NCBI GenBank assembly: GCA_964639665.1
Contig: CAZXEU010000029.1
Coordinates: 1 to 54,275, forward strand
Source of the DNA: an uncultured Rhodothermaceae bacterium
GTDB taxonomy: Bacteria > Bacteroidota > Rhodothermia > Rhodothermales > Bin80
DNA length: 54,275 bases
Reading direction: 5' to 3'
A program made the translations under genes and the position numbers. Of the stretch, positions 9,132-19,240 are shown one piece after another. Positions within the stretch are counted from its first letter, which is position 1. Each line of letters opens with the position of its first letter. The notes below the pieces were generated by a model. It did not search any database, was not told the origin of the DNA, and saw only the letters and a program-made list of their open reading frames with translations.

Positions 9132-9641
9132 ATGAAAATCAAGGCCATGAACACGGACAAGCTTACCGGCGGAATGGCCCGCCTGGTAAACCGCCTCCTG
9201 GAGGAAGGCTCCTTCACCGGCAACGAAGAGGTTGACGAGCTTCTGAGGACCGACCCGAACGCCATCATCCTGGGCCTGCTCTACGAACAGCGAATACGCG
9301 CGGAAGTGGCCTTTACAGGCGCTTTCCGGCTCTACGAGCGTCTTGGCCATCTGGACATGAGGCAAATCGCCGGCATGGACCCGGAAGCGTTCCATGCGGC
9401 GTTTGCCCAATCGCCTGCTGTACACAGGTTTTCCAATAAGATGGCCGATTTCACGCAGCGCGTGGCCAGGGTGGTTGCCGAAGACCTGGACGGCAACGCC
9501 GCGAATCTCTGGAATGATGGTGCAGACGCAGTCACCGTGCAAAAGCGCGTGCAGAATCTTCCGGGATTCGGTCCCACCAAGTCGGGGAAGCTGAAGTACG
9601 TGCTCCATTTTCTGGGCTACCGGGACTATTCGGACCAGTAG
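9132..9641 (+). CDS. HhH-GPD-type (TIGR03252-like) DNA repair/DNA-binding protein, short form
   Basis: FTGNEEVDELLRTDP, AFTG...RLGHLD, PAVHRF, HhH motif LPGFGPTK. Start may be 9147. Confidence 0.75.
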   Translation: MKIKAMNTDKLTGGMARLVNRLLEEGSFTGNEEVDELLRTDPNAIILGLLYEQRIRAEVAFTGAFRLYERLGHLDMRQIAGMDPEAFHAAFAQSPAVHRFSNKMADFTQRVARVVAEDLDGNAANLWNDGADAVTVQKRVQNLPGFGPTKSGKLKYVLHFLGYRDYSDQ

Positions 9642-9730
9642 GCGCAAAGGCTGCCTACAGAACCCTGCAGCCCGTCGGGTCCGGCGCCACACTGCGGCAG
9701 CGATCCGAAGGCTGCCAGCACAGAGAAGCA

Positions 9731-12700
9731 TCAGGCGCCGCGAAGCGGCAAGCGCATCCAGAATTCGGTTCCCGACGCCTCTGAGGTGCGGAAGCCGATC
9801 TCGCCCCCAAGGTCCTCGACGCTTCGCCGCGCAATGGCCAGCCCAAGACCCGTACCGCTGGTCTTCGTGGAGAAGCTGGGCTCAAAAATGTGCTCCCAGA
9901 GATCCGGCGGAATTCCCGGCCCCGTGTCGGCTACCGTACTGTAGGCTACGCCGCCGTCACTTGCTTCCGCCGCAATCGTTACGGTGCCGGCCTCCCGATC
10001 CCGCACTGCCTCCAGCGCGTTCTTGACCAGATTGATGTAGATGCGGCGCAGCTCCTCCCGATCAGCCTCGATACGGAGCGATTCCTCGACCAGTTCGGTC
10101 CGGATTTCCACGTGCGGCGGTGCCTCCTCCTGCATCAGGGATACAGCTTCCCCGATTACTTCTCCTAGGTCCAGCGTCTCGACGGTGCGCGGCGGCATGC
10201 GTGCGAATCCGGCAAACTCGTTGGCAATCCGGGCCATAGCATCCATCTGATGCACGAGCGTGACGGTAATGCGATCAAACAGCTCACGGAACCTGCCGCC
10301 GGAAGTCGCAGGGGGATCTTCTTCAAGCGCCCTTCGAAGATGCTGCACGGACAGCTTCATCGGTGTCAGCGGGTTCTTTATTTCGTGCGCCACCTGGCGC
10401 GCCATTTCTCGCCATGCTAACTGTCGCTCCTGGCGGGCAAGCCGCGTTCGACTCTCGGCCAATTGCGACTGCATCTCGTTGAAGGTTTCGACCAGCTCAC
10501 CCACCTCGTCCCTAGAAGCTATGGCCGGCATCCGCTCGAATCGGCCCTTGGCTGCCGCTGCCAGTCCTGCACGGAGCCGGGCTATCGGTCTGGCCAGCGC
10601 ATTGGCCAGAAGAGAGGCAGTGGCCATGACCAGGACCAGAATCACCAGGAGTGCGCCGAAGAGATAGGCCAGCGTACGCGCTCTCTCCTCCTCGATGCGC
10701 TCCTGCTCAGGCAATGCCGGTACAGACAACACAAACCGGGTACGGCCGGCGGCATCCAGAAGCGCGCTGTATCCGGATGTGAAGGAAATTGCACCCAGAC
10801 TGTTCTCTACAAAGGCAAGGCTGTATCCGTCCAGCTCCAGCGATTCGTGCACCTCGATGGGCAACCGCGTATCTACAATCCGCTCCTCCACCAATCGCTC
10901 CCGGCTGGCGCCTGCCAGGCCGCCGTCCCTGTAAAGCACCAAGTCCAGTCCGGCGCGCGCGGAAAGTGAGTCGAGCGACACACGTTCGAGCACGCCGTAG
11001 ACCGGCTCGTCAACTGCCGCTTCCTGCTCGAGTGCCGCCTCGATGCTCTGCAGATGTTGCCGCAGCCAGCTCTGCACGGCACGATCGTTCTCCTCGGTTA
11101 CGACTTCGACTCCAACGAATCCTACCGTTATAACGGCGACGATACCGACGACCAGAAACGCGTTCAGCACTCGGTCGCGGAACTGGACGCGTGGTGCAGG
11201 CAGAAGGCCGGCGCGCATGCGCCAGTACAGTCCTGCCAGAAAGCACGGCAACCCGACCAGAAGCCCGGCCACCGTCAACCGCAGCAGGTAGTACAGGTGG
11301 TCGAATGTGGTATACGCTGACGTTCTGACCGCCAGGACGCGGGGCGGGAAGCCCTGCGTCTCCAACTGCCGGTAGAATGTCTCATATCGGCGTCCGCGCA
11401 ATTCCTCGCTCAGCCACAGCTCAGGTGCCTCTTCCAGGGCGCGAGTTACCTCGGCGTCCAGCCTGTGTCGCCGGAAACTTCTCCCGACACTGTGTACCAG
11501 GTTCCCGCCATGAAATGCAGCAAACGATAGACCCGCGCGCTGGTCCTGGATGCCCGAAGCATCCAGCGCATGCATGAGCGGGGAATCATCTATGGCCGGA
11601 TAATCCACATGCGGTTCTGCCACCGCCAAAGCCCATTTGGTGCTATCGCCTTCTATCGCTGCCACACCTGTAAACCTCACCCTGTCGCCCACCCGGTCCG
11701 GCACGACGGCAGGGTACGTCGCGCCCACGCGGCGGAGCTCATCCGACAGCAGCTCCTGCGACCATTTTCGGCCGTCGCCCAAGTGATGTCTCCCGCGCAG
11801 GTTACCTGATCCATCCAGAATCAGAAAGGCTGCGTCGACAGGCGTAGTCAAGTGCCCGACATGCTCTTGCAAGAGCTGTGCGGCAACCGAATCCAGAGCT
11901 GCTCCCTCCAGATTCGCCAGGCGCGCATCGCCGATCGCAGCCTGGAGCAAGGCGTCGAGACCGCCTGACAAACCCGGATCGCGTTCCCGCTCAAATGCAT
12001 GCGAGGCGCTCTCCATCCGCACCTGGCGGCGCTCTTCAAGACCCTTGAATGCTAGCGGATAGAGCAGCACTGCAAGCACGAAAGCGGAAGGAAGCACTCT
12101 TCGAAGCGTTATCCAGCGCAAACCGCTGCCGCTGCCGCCAAATCCTGCCGCCGCCAGCGACAACGAGACAATCAGTAAAGGGGCCGAGACCGTCCACGAA
12201 GTCCATCCCTGCAATTCAAACCAGGCGGCAACAAAGGCAACGGGCACTACGGTAGTCAATGCCGCCGCGAGACCGGACGCACCTCTGCTGTCATGCCTTT
12301 CATCCGACGATCCAAAGGCGGCCATGAACATGCTGGAGGCAAGCAGCAGGATCGTCAGCGTCAAAAGCAGCAACGAGAAGAACACCACAAGAACCAGTGG
12401 AGCCGGCAAGAGTCCGTCGCGGGCAAATAGTTCGAGGCCGCCGTCCAGCATCACCCTTCTCGCCACGACGGCCAGAACAGCAACGAGGGCTGCGCCGATA
12501 GCCGAGCAAGCCAGTAGCTTGGCGAACAGGCCAACGGATGCCCTCATCCGTCGGCACCGCTGCAGGCTTAGGCCCGCGTAGCGATGCATTGCAGCACGAT
12601 GGACAACCAGGGCGAAGACGACGGCAAAGATGGCCGTAATCAGCACGTCGGCCGATGTGCGCAGCAGTCCAGCCCCCAGCGTGGAAGAAAGGTGCGCCGG

Positions 12701-13642
12701 ATCGAATAGCGGATTGAGCGGAGCCTTGCCCAGCTGCCATCTGGCAGGCACATCCATGAACAACAATCCGAAGCGGCCGAGCCACCACAACAATCCAAAA
12801 GGCACGAGAAACCCGAGCCGACCGGGATGTCCCTTGACCAGAGTCCAAGCACCAAACAGTAGCCATCCAGCCAGGAGTGAAGCCCAGAATGCCATTACAT
12901 CGGCATATCTGCGCCTAGACTGCGCCAGGAGCTCCTCTGCCGTCGGCAGCAGGACAGTCACGTGGCCCATCACTTCGCCATCGACGCCGCGCAAGGGCCG
13001 CGAATTGGCTCCGCCCGGAGAAACCTTGCCAAAAGTGAATTCGAGTGGCAACCGGACGCGGGACTGCCAGGCTCCCAGGACGTCATAGTCCCGGACGTAG
13101 TAATTCTGCACGGCATGCCGGGCAGCAATAACCTGGACCACGCGGACCGCGCCTAACGCATCGTCCGCGCCCACCAACGGAACCCAAACGACAATGGCGC
13201 GCCTCCATTCGCCGTCCTCGGCAACCACCGAGGTCGGCCTTGTCATCCCGACGGCCATCGCCGTGTCCAGCGGAAAACTCCGGCCTTTCCAGGCCAGAAG
13301 ATCGCCGGAGGCGTCATACACTTCGACCGACCGCCAATCCGGCAGATCGAGGCCGGAAAACTTCCTCAGAAGGACCTCCGTGGCTTCGCCCTGTTGCAGG
13401 AGCTCGGGACTCCGGCCAATTTCAACGGCAAGATCGCCTGCATAGACCTGCAGTTCCTGCAAGACCTTCCCGAACAGCTCCTCTGCCTCACCCAGTGCAG
13501 AGCCGGCGGAGGCCTCTAGCCGACGCTCGTCGGTTTCCTGCATCCTGCCGGCATGCCACAGCCAAGCACACCAGGTTCCGGCCAATGCCAAGGCAAGAAC
13601 GGCGGCAATGACGAGGAATTGTCTGAGGCGCACGGATCGCAT
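9731..13642 (-). CDS. Large multi-TM NtrY-like sensor histidine kinase (HAMP-HisKA-HATPase)
   Basis: HAMP RPIARL...DEVGELVETFNEM, H-box WREMARQVAHEIKNPLTP, N-box NLVKNA, G1 DTGPG, G2 GTGLGL. Confidence 0.93.
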   Translation of the reverse strand: MRSVRLRQFLVIAAVLALALAGTWCAWLWHAGRMQETDERRLEASAGSALGEAEELFGKVLQELQVYAGDLAVEIGRSPELLQQGEATEVLLRKFSGLDLPDWRSVEVYDASGDLLAWKGRSFPLDTAMAVGMTRPTSVVAEDGEWRRAIVVWVPLVGADDALGAVRVVQVIAARHAVQNYYVRDYDVLGAWQSRVRLPLEFTFGKVSPGGANSRPLRGVDGEVMGHVTVLLPTAEELLAQSRRRYADVMAFWASLLAGWLLFGAWTLVKGHPGRLGFLVPFGLLWWLGRFGLLFMDVPARWQLGKAPLNPLFDPAHLSSTLGAGLLRTSADVLITAIFAVVFALVVHRAAMHRYAGLSLQRCRRMRASVGLFAKLLACSAIGAALVAVLAVVARRVMLDGGLELFARDGLLPAPLVLVVFFSLLLLTLTILLLASSMFMAAFGSSDERHDSRGASGLAAALTTVVPVAFVAAWFELQGWTSWTVSAPLLIVSLSLAAAGFGGSGSGLRWITLRRVLPSAFVLAVLLYPLAFKGLEERRQVRMESASHAFERERDPGLSGGLDALLQAAIGDARLANLEGAALDSVAAQLLQEHVGHLTTPVDAAFLILDGSGNLRGRHHLGDGRKWSQELLSDELRRVGATYPAVVPDRVGDRVRFTGVAAIEGDSTKWALAVAEPHVDYPAIDDSPLMHALDASGIQDQRAGLSFAAFHGGNLVHSVGRSFRRHRLDAEVTRALEEAPELWLSEELRGRRYETFYRQLETQGFPPRVLAVRTSAYTTFDHLYYLLRLTVAGLLVGLPCFLAGLYWRMRAGLLPAPRVQFRDRVLNAFLVVGIVAVITVGFVGVEVVTEENDRAVQSWLRQHLQSIEAALEQEAAVDEPVYGVLERVSLDSLSARAGLDLVLYRDGGLAGASRERLVEERIVDTRLPIEVHESLELDGYSLAFVENSLGAISFTSGYSALLDAAGRTRFVLSVPALPEQERIEEERARTLAYLFGALLVILVLVMATASLLANALARPIARLRAGLAAAAKGRFERMPAIASRDEVGELVETFNEMQSQLAESRTRLARQERQLAWREMARQVAHEIKNPLTPMKLSVQHLRRALEEDPPATSGGRFRELFDRITVTLVHQMDAMARIANEFAGFARMPPRTVETLDLGEVIGEAVSLMQEEAPPHVEIRTELVEESLRIEADREELRRIYINLVKNALEAVRDREAGTVTIAAEASDGGVAYSTVADTGPGIPPDLWEHIFEPSFSTKTSGTGLGLAIARRSVEDLGGEIGFRTSEASGTEFWMRLPLRGA

Positions 13643-14051
13643 TTCGGTCCAGGTCAGCGGCGTCTGGTCACGGAAGCGGACTTCATCGCTCTCTTGCCTG
13701 CACGTCCGGACGCGGTACTGCGCTCAGGTGTGCAACAACAGACGGTACCCGGTACGCGCCTGAGATAGGCTTAATTCCTGTCAGAACGTGTTGCCCATAC
13801 ATGCCGATTCCACGAGAATCAGCGTCTGCGGTTCTGTCGGACTCTTCGGTCGAGGCAGGCGAGAGAAATGCGCCCGGTGCAGCGCGGGCTCAGCGAGCCG
13901 CCCGGACGGTCGGGGTATTCGCGATCCGATGGGCATTCGCGGCACCTAACGGTGGCACGTCAACCGGCCAGCGGACACCGTGCGACTCCCATGGCTCGGT
14001 CGCGAAATCGGGACGTATTCAGTCCTGCCAATGCAGCAGCCAGGACCGACG

Positions 14052-14861
14052 TCACATGGACTCTGCCTGCGGAGCTTCATCCACTTCGGCTCCGTCAGGT
14101 CGGGCAAAAGTGGCGGCATCCGGCGGCTCCGGCATCAGCCTGACGTTGGCATAGGATGCCTCGCCCCTCCTCTCGCCAAGAACACCCGCCTCGCTATCCC
14201 ACGCGTAGGAGCTCGCAGTCAGCGGAACCAGGAGCCCGCCTACCTCCTGCCATTCGTCGTACATTCGGACATTGTAATTCTCGTTCGGCTCCCCGCTGAA
14301 AAACGTAACCGTATAGAGCAGCAGTCTAAGCAGATGCGTATCGGGATCGAAGTGGGCCACATAGTAGTCGCCCGGCGATGCGCCTACTCCCTCATCGAAC
14401 GAGATGCGAACGGCATCAAATTCCTCGTCCCCTACTGACACACGTCCCAGGCTCTCTCTTCTGGTTCCCGGATCTGCCAGGACAAAGGGGATGGCAAAGA
14501 AGTAGAAATCCAGACCATTGTAGAACCGGGGACTGCTTGCGAACGCGTCAAGACCGGGCGTAATCCATACTTGCTCACCATCGTAGCCGATCGTGTAATC
14601 CTCGCTGGTCATGAGCGCCTTTCTGGTCTTCAGGTCCACCAGGTTGGCCACGGAAGCGGTGCCCCGCTGGATGTCAAATGCCAGGGTGCCATACGACTGC
14701 CAGACCTCCATGCCACCGTGTGCCGCTACGGCGCGGTCCAGTGCATCTTCGCTGGATTGGTCTTGAGTGGATTCAGTTGTGTCGGCCGGCTCGCATGATA
14801 CAAGCGCGAGGCAGAGCATCGGGAGAAGGGAAGCCACCCCCAACAGGTTCCTGTAGAGCAT
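14052..14861 (-). CDS. Exported lipoprotein, DUF6503-like
   Basis: Hydrophobic segment ending ALVSC, AHGG..W, GYDGEQVW, YFFAIPFVLADPG, PGDYY. Start uncertain (14861, 14885 or 14915). Confidence 0.7.
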   Translation of the reverse strand: MLYRNLLGVASLLPMLCLALVSCEPADTTESTQDQSSEDALDRAVAAHGGMEVWQSYGTLAFDIQRGTASVANLVDLKTRKALMTSEDYTIGYDGEQVWITPGLDAFASSPRFYNGLDFYFFAIPFVLADPGTRRESLGRVSVGDEEFDAVRISFDEGVGASPGDYYVAHFDPDTHLLRLLLYTVTFFSGEPNENYNVRMYDEWQEVGGLLVPLTASSYAWDSEAGVLGERRGEASYANVRLMPEPPDAATFARPDGAEVDEAPQAESM

Positions 14862-15180
14862 CGGGCCAGTGCGTGCATGAAGCATGGTGCAGTTGGTGTC
14901 AAGAGAGTTGGTCATCCGTAGTCGTCCTGCGACCGAACCTTCTGTTGCAGGTGAAGCCGAAACGCTGCCGGCTCCAATAGTTCCTGGACTCGCTCACCGT
15001 CAAGGGCGCACCGATCCGGAAAGGACTCCGGCTTCCGAATACACACTGTGACTCGGGAAGCACTTGCTTATCTTGGGGCTGGTTGCCCGCACTCGTCAGG
15101 CCGGCATAATCGTTGTATCCTCAAATTGGCTGCTTTGGATCATGCTCAGTCGTGCGCCTTGCACCCGGATCGAAGAACAC

Positions 15181-15957
15181 TTGCGGATTCGCGTGTCTGC
15201 GGTACGCATCATGGTCTTGGGGCTGGCTGTTCTTGGGCACACGCCGCGGCCAGTCCTTGCCCAATCCGAGCCGACCGCCCTTGAAATCCTGCGCCGCTCC
15301 GAAGACCTCATGCGCGGCACTACGCAGACGGGCTCCTACAGCCTGCTCATTCAGCGCCCGGACTGGGAACGCACCATCGAATTCGATTTCTGGGGCGAAG
15401 GCCAGGAAAGAGCCTTCATACTGGTCAAGGCACCCGTCAAGGAACGCGGAGTCGCCTTTCTCAAGATCCGCAGGGAAATGTGGCAGTATATACCGAGGAT
15501 CAACAGGGTAATCAAGATCCCGCCTTCCATGATGATGCAGTCATGGATGGGCTCGGGGTTCACGAATGACGATCTGGTCCGGGAATCCAGCATCCTCGAG
15601 GATTACGAGCACGCGCTGGAAACAACAGAGGAGCTGGAGCAAGGCACCGCCTACCGCATCGCGCTCAGGCCCAAGCAGGATGCGCCGATCGCCTGGGACC
15701 GCCTGCTATACTGGGTGCGTGTGGAGGACTTCGTGCCGCTAAGGGCCGAGTTCTTCAATGAGCGTGGAGAGCGGGTCCGTACCATACGCTACGAGGATAT
15801 TCGAAACCTTGGAGGCCGTACCATCCCAAGCCGGCTGGAACTGGTGGAGGATCGCTGGCCGGACCGCAAGACCGTGATGCAACTGGACGATCTTGTATTC
15901 GACCAGCCCATCAATCCGTCTATCTTTACGCAGTCCAACCTGCGGCGCACAAGGTAG
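15181..15957 (+). CDS. Outer-membrane lipoprotein-sorting protein (LolA-like, TP0789-like)
   Basis: PVKERGVAFLK, MWQYIPRINRVIKIPPSMMMQSWMGSGFTNDDLV, FTQSNL. Start uncertain (ORF opens at 15064). Confidence 0.88.
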   Translation: MRIRVSAVRIMVLGLAVLGHTPRPVLAQSEPTALEILRRSEDLMRGTTQTGSYSLLIQRPDWERTIEFDFWGEGQERAFILVKAPVKERGVAFLKIRREMWQYIPRINRVIKIPPSMMMQSWMGSGFTNDDLVRESSILEDYEHALETTEELEQGTAYRIALRPKQDAPIAWDRLLYWVRVEDFVPLRAEFFNERGERVRTIRYEDIRNLGGRTIPSRLELVEDRWPDRKTVMQLDDLVFDQPINPSIFTQSNLRRTR

Positions 15958-16018
15958 GCGCCTCTTCCTGCGGCAGAAGCGGGGTGCTCGATCCTTAAAT
16001 CCACCGGATAATGCGGAA

Positions 16019-17254
16019 ATGGGCAGGCTCCTGAAGCTGGCATGGCGCGATGTCTGGCGCAACCGTAGACGCAGCCTACTGACGATAGGAGCAGTGCTCT
16101 TTGCCGTCCTCCTGATTTCCCTGGCCAATTCCGTACAGTTCGGCACCTACGACGCCATGGAGGCCACCGTGGTGCGCACCTTCGTCAGCGACCTGCAGGT
16201 CCACCGGGCAGGATACCAGGAGGAACCCTCTCTCCTGGCATCCCTTGAGGAGGATGAACGGCCGTGGCACGAAATGGATCAGCACTATCCGTGGATCCAG
16301 GCCGCGGCGAGGCGCCTGTCCGGATACGGGCTGGCAAGCAGCGATTCCTCTAGCGCCGGCGCGAGCATCGTCGGCATTGAACCCGAGTCGGAAAGCCGCC
16401 TGACCACATTCGCCTCGAACCCGGTTTCCGGCCGGGCCCTTGCAGCCGGAGACCGCGGCGCAGTGCTGATCGGGGAGACGCTGGCGAAAAACCTGGGAGT
16501 CGCTGTGGGCGATACCCTGGTGCTGCTTACACAGGGCTACCAGAACGTGATGGGAGCAGACCTTTACGCTATCCAGGGGCTTGTGCGTACGGGCACGCCG
16601 GCCCTTGACCGTGCCCTGGTGGTAATGCCGCTGGCCGACAGCCAGTACCTATTTTCGATGGAAGGCAGATTCACGGAATACGTGATCCGCACAAGCGACT
16701 TTCGGAAGGCGGCAGAATACGCGGCCGCTTTGCAGGCTTCCTTGCCCGAAGACAAGTACGAGGCTCTCGCGTGGCGCTCCATGATGCCCGAGTTGGAACA
16801 GATGCGGGCTCTGGACGACGCCGGCAATTACGTGTTCTATTTCTTTCTGGTCCTGCTCATCGGGTTCGAGATTTTCAATACGACGACGATGAGCATGATG
16901 GAGCGCGTGCGCGAATTCGGCGTAATGCTCTCTCTCGGCGTCAAGCCGCGCCAGATCAGTTCGCTGGTGGTATTGGAGCTGGTCATCAAGGTATTGTTGG
17001 CGCTTGCTGTGGGATTTGCCATTGCCTACATAGCTGTGCTCCTTCTGTCGCAGAATCCCATCCCGCTTTCTGACGACATGCGTCAGATGTACGACGACTT
17101 CGGATTCACCGTGGAGGGCATTTTCTTTTTTGCGCGCCCGGCCATCTTTGTCTTTCCCCTGGCTTCCGTGGCATTTGTAGCGGCTGCGTCTATGATTTAT
17201 CCGGTGCTCAGAATGCGCCGCTTCTCACCTGTGCAGGCCCTTCGAAGAAACTAG
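16019..17254 (+). CDS. ABC transporter permease (LolC/E, FtsX/MacB type)
   Basis: LKLAWRDVWRNRRRSLLT, MSMMERVREFGVMLSLG, SPVQALR; ATG 16019. Confidence 0.92.
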   Translation: MGRLLKLAWRDVWRNRRRSLLTIGAVLFAVLLISLANSVQFGTYDAMEATVVRTFVSDLQVHRAGYQEEPSLLASLEEDERPWHEMDQHYPWIQAAARRLSGYGLASSDSSSAGASIVGIEPESESRLTTFASNPVSGRALAAGDRGAVLIGETLAKNLGVAVGDTLVLLTQGYQNVMGADLYAIQGLVRTGTPALDRALVVMPLADSQYLFSMEGRFTEYVIRTSDFRKAAEYAAALQASLPEDKYEALAWRSMMPELEQMRALDDAGNYVFYFFLVLLIGFEIFNTTTMSMMERVREFGVMLSLGVKPRQISSLVVLELVIKVLLALAVGFAIAYIAVLLLSQNPIPLSDDMRQMYDDFGFTVEGIFFFARPAIFVFPLASVAFVAAASMIYPVLRMRRFSPVQALRRN

Positions 17255-17258
17255 CAGC

Positions 17259-18482
17259 ATGCTCGCAAAGATCGCCTGGCGCAACATCTGGCGGAACCCG
17301 CGCAGGTCCTGGGTCCTGATTTCAGCGCTCGCCATCGGAGTGTTCTGCTTTGTGGGAGGGCTCGCCTACGTGGATGGCTTTTTTCAGCAAATGATCAGAG
17401 GCGCCATTCAGCTTCAGGGCGGACACATCCAGATCGCGCGTAGCGGCTACGGCGATAACCCGACCATACAGTCATATATCGCGGACGCCGCCGCGGTACA
17501 GGCGTCTGTCGAGAATCTGGACGGCCTGAGACCCTCTGCATCCGTTCGTACGCCCGGCATGATCAACAGTGCGGACCAGGCTTCCGGTGTCTTGATTGTC
17601 GGTGTGGATCCGGAGCGCGAAGTGGGCCTGTCGCCCATTCCCGAGTCGGTAGTGGAAGGAGCCTATCTGCCGGCTACCGGCGAAGAAAACCTGGTGCTCC
17701 TGGGAGAAGCGCTCGCGCAGCGGCTGAATGTTCTGGCTGGAGAGAGGATTGTCCTGATGGCCAACGATGTGGACAACGAAATCTCCGCGGGCGCCTACCG
17801 GGTGGCAGGCCTGTTTCGGACCAGCAGCCGCGATTTTGACAAGACGCACGTGTACCTGCATGCGGACCAAGCGCGCGCGCTCCTGGGCTACGGCACGGAT
17901 GCGGTCTCCGCGTTTTCCCTGGTGCTGCCCACGGGCATGGACCTGAACTCCGCGACGGAGCCGCTCAGGCAAGAGCTGGAACCACTCGGCCTGGAGGTAG
18001 TGACTTGGGAAGACCGGATGCCGGTACTCGTACTCATGAGTGAAATGACGGGATTGGCCAACGTGATTCTTGTCATCATCCTCTTTACGGCGATAGCCTT
18101 TACGCTCGTAAACTCGTTCATCATGGTGATCTTTGAGCGCATCCGGGAGATTGGCATCATGGCGGCCGGTGGTGTGCGTCCCCGGCAGGTACGAACCATG
18201 CTCTTTCTGGAAGCGCTCTTTGTGGTATTGATCGGAACGCTCGTGGGCAGCGCACTGGCTCTCGGCATGATTGCCTGGTGGAGTCGCGCCGGGCTGGACC
18301 TTGGCCGTTTCGCCGAGGGGTTGAGCTCTTTTGGCGCAGCATCGGTGATCTATCCGTACGTCGACTGGGGCCACATCGTGAGTGGCTTCGCCTTGATCTT
18401 TCTTATCGTTCTGCTGGCCGTGCTATACCCGGCCATCAAGGCCAGCCGGTTCAAGATCGTAGACGCAATGACGCATGTCTGA
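17259..18482 (+). CDS. ABC transporter permease (LolC/E, FtsX/MacB type), second paralog
   Basis: KIAWRNIWRNPRRS, FERIREIGIM, YPAIKA. Confidence 0.92.
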   Translation: MLAKIAWRNIWRNPRRSWVLISALAIGVFCFVGGLAYVDGFFQQMIRGAIQLQGGHIQIARSGYGDNPTIQSYIADAAAVQASVENLDGLRPSASVRTPGMINSADQASGVLIVGVDPEREVGLSPIPESVVEGAYLPATGEENLVLLGEALAQRLNVLAGERIVLMANDVDNEISAGAYRVAGLFRTSSRDFDKTHVYLHADQARALLGYGTDAVSAFSLVLPTGMDLNSATEPLRQELEPLGLEVVTWEDRMPVLVLMSEMTGLANVILVIILFTAIAFTLVNSFIMVIFERIREIGIMAAGGVRPRQVRTMLFLEALFVVLIGTLVGSALALGMIAWWSRAGLDLGRFAEGLSSFGAASVIYPYVDWGHIVSGFALIFLIVLLAVLYPAIKASRFKIVDAMTHV

Positions 18483-19230
18483 CCATTCACGTGTGGCTGG
18501 CGCCAACCCGGAGGCGGTCACCGAGCCGGGGCCGGCGGCGGGTCTCGTGTGCACGCAGGACCTTGTGAAAGTGTACCAGGCCAAAGGCCACCTGCCGGTA
18601 ACGGCTCTCGACGGAGTCAGCTTTGGCATGGCCAGCGGTGAATTTACCGCTGTCGCCGGCCCCTCGGGCTCCGGCAAGACCACGCTGCTCAATCTTGTAG
18701 GCGGCCTTGACCAGCCTACGTCCGGCTCCGTCGAGGTGGCCGGCCAGGATCTGTCGGAGCTCAGCCGCAACGCCCTGGCTGAATTCAGACTGCACAACCT
18801 CGGATTCATTTTCCAGGCCTACAACCTTATTCCCGTCCTGTCCGCCGAGGAAAACGCCGAATTCACGCTACTGCTTCAGGGCGTCAGGGCGCGAGAACGT
18901 CACGCGCGCGTTGTTCGTGAGTTCGAGGACCTTGGGATTGAAAAAGAGCTCATCCGCCGGCGCCCGAACGAGCTCAGTGGCGGACAGCAGCAACGCGTTG
19001 CCATCGCAAGAGCGCTTGTCTCCAGGCCCAAACTCATTCTGGCTGACGAGCCCACAGCCAATCTCGATTCGAAGACCGGTGCCCGATTGCTGGACAAGAT
19101 GCGCGATCTGAACGAGCGCACAGGCATCACCTTTCTCTTTTCGACGCACGATCCAATGGTAATCGAGCGTGCGCGCCGCCTTGTTACGCTGCGCGACGGC
19201 CGCGTTGTGGGTGACGAATTCTTCTCCTGA
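18475..19230 (+). CDS. ABC transporter ATP-binding protein (LolD type)
   Basis: Walker A GPSGSGKT, GFIFQAYNL, LSGGQQQRVAIARAL, ADEPTANLDS, STHD. Confidence 0.95.
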   Translation: MSDHSRVAGANPEAVTEPGPAAGLVCTQDLVKVYQAKGHLPVTALDGVSFGMASGEFTAVAGPSGSGKTTLLNLVGGLDQPTSGSVEVAGQDLSELSRNALAEFRLHNLGFIFQAYNLIPVLSAEENAEFTLLLQGVRARERHARVVREFEDLGIEKELIRRRPNELSGGQQQRVAIARALVSRPKLILADEPTANLDSKTGARLLDKMRDLNERTGITFLFSTHDPMVIERARRLVTLRDGRVVGDEFFS

Positions 19231-19240
19231 CACAGGCGTT

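Noticed and set aside
8517-9731. Long antisense or alternative-frame ORFs (e.g. 8517-9731, 19467-20528, 22823-23806, 27203-28378, 29813-30826, 40231-41208, 49275-50414)
   Set aside because: They shadow well-supported genes, lack motifs, and are expected from high-GC codon bias.
13944-14010. ACCTAAC-initiated attC-like half site
   Set aside because: No complementary GTTRRRY arm follows, and there is no integron integrase.
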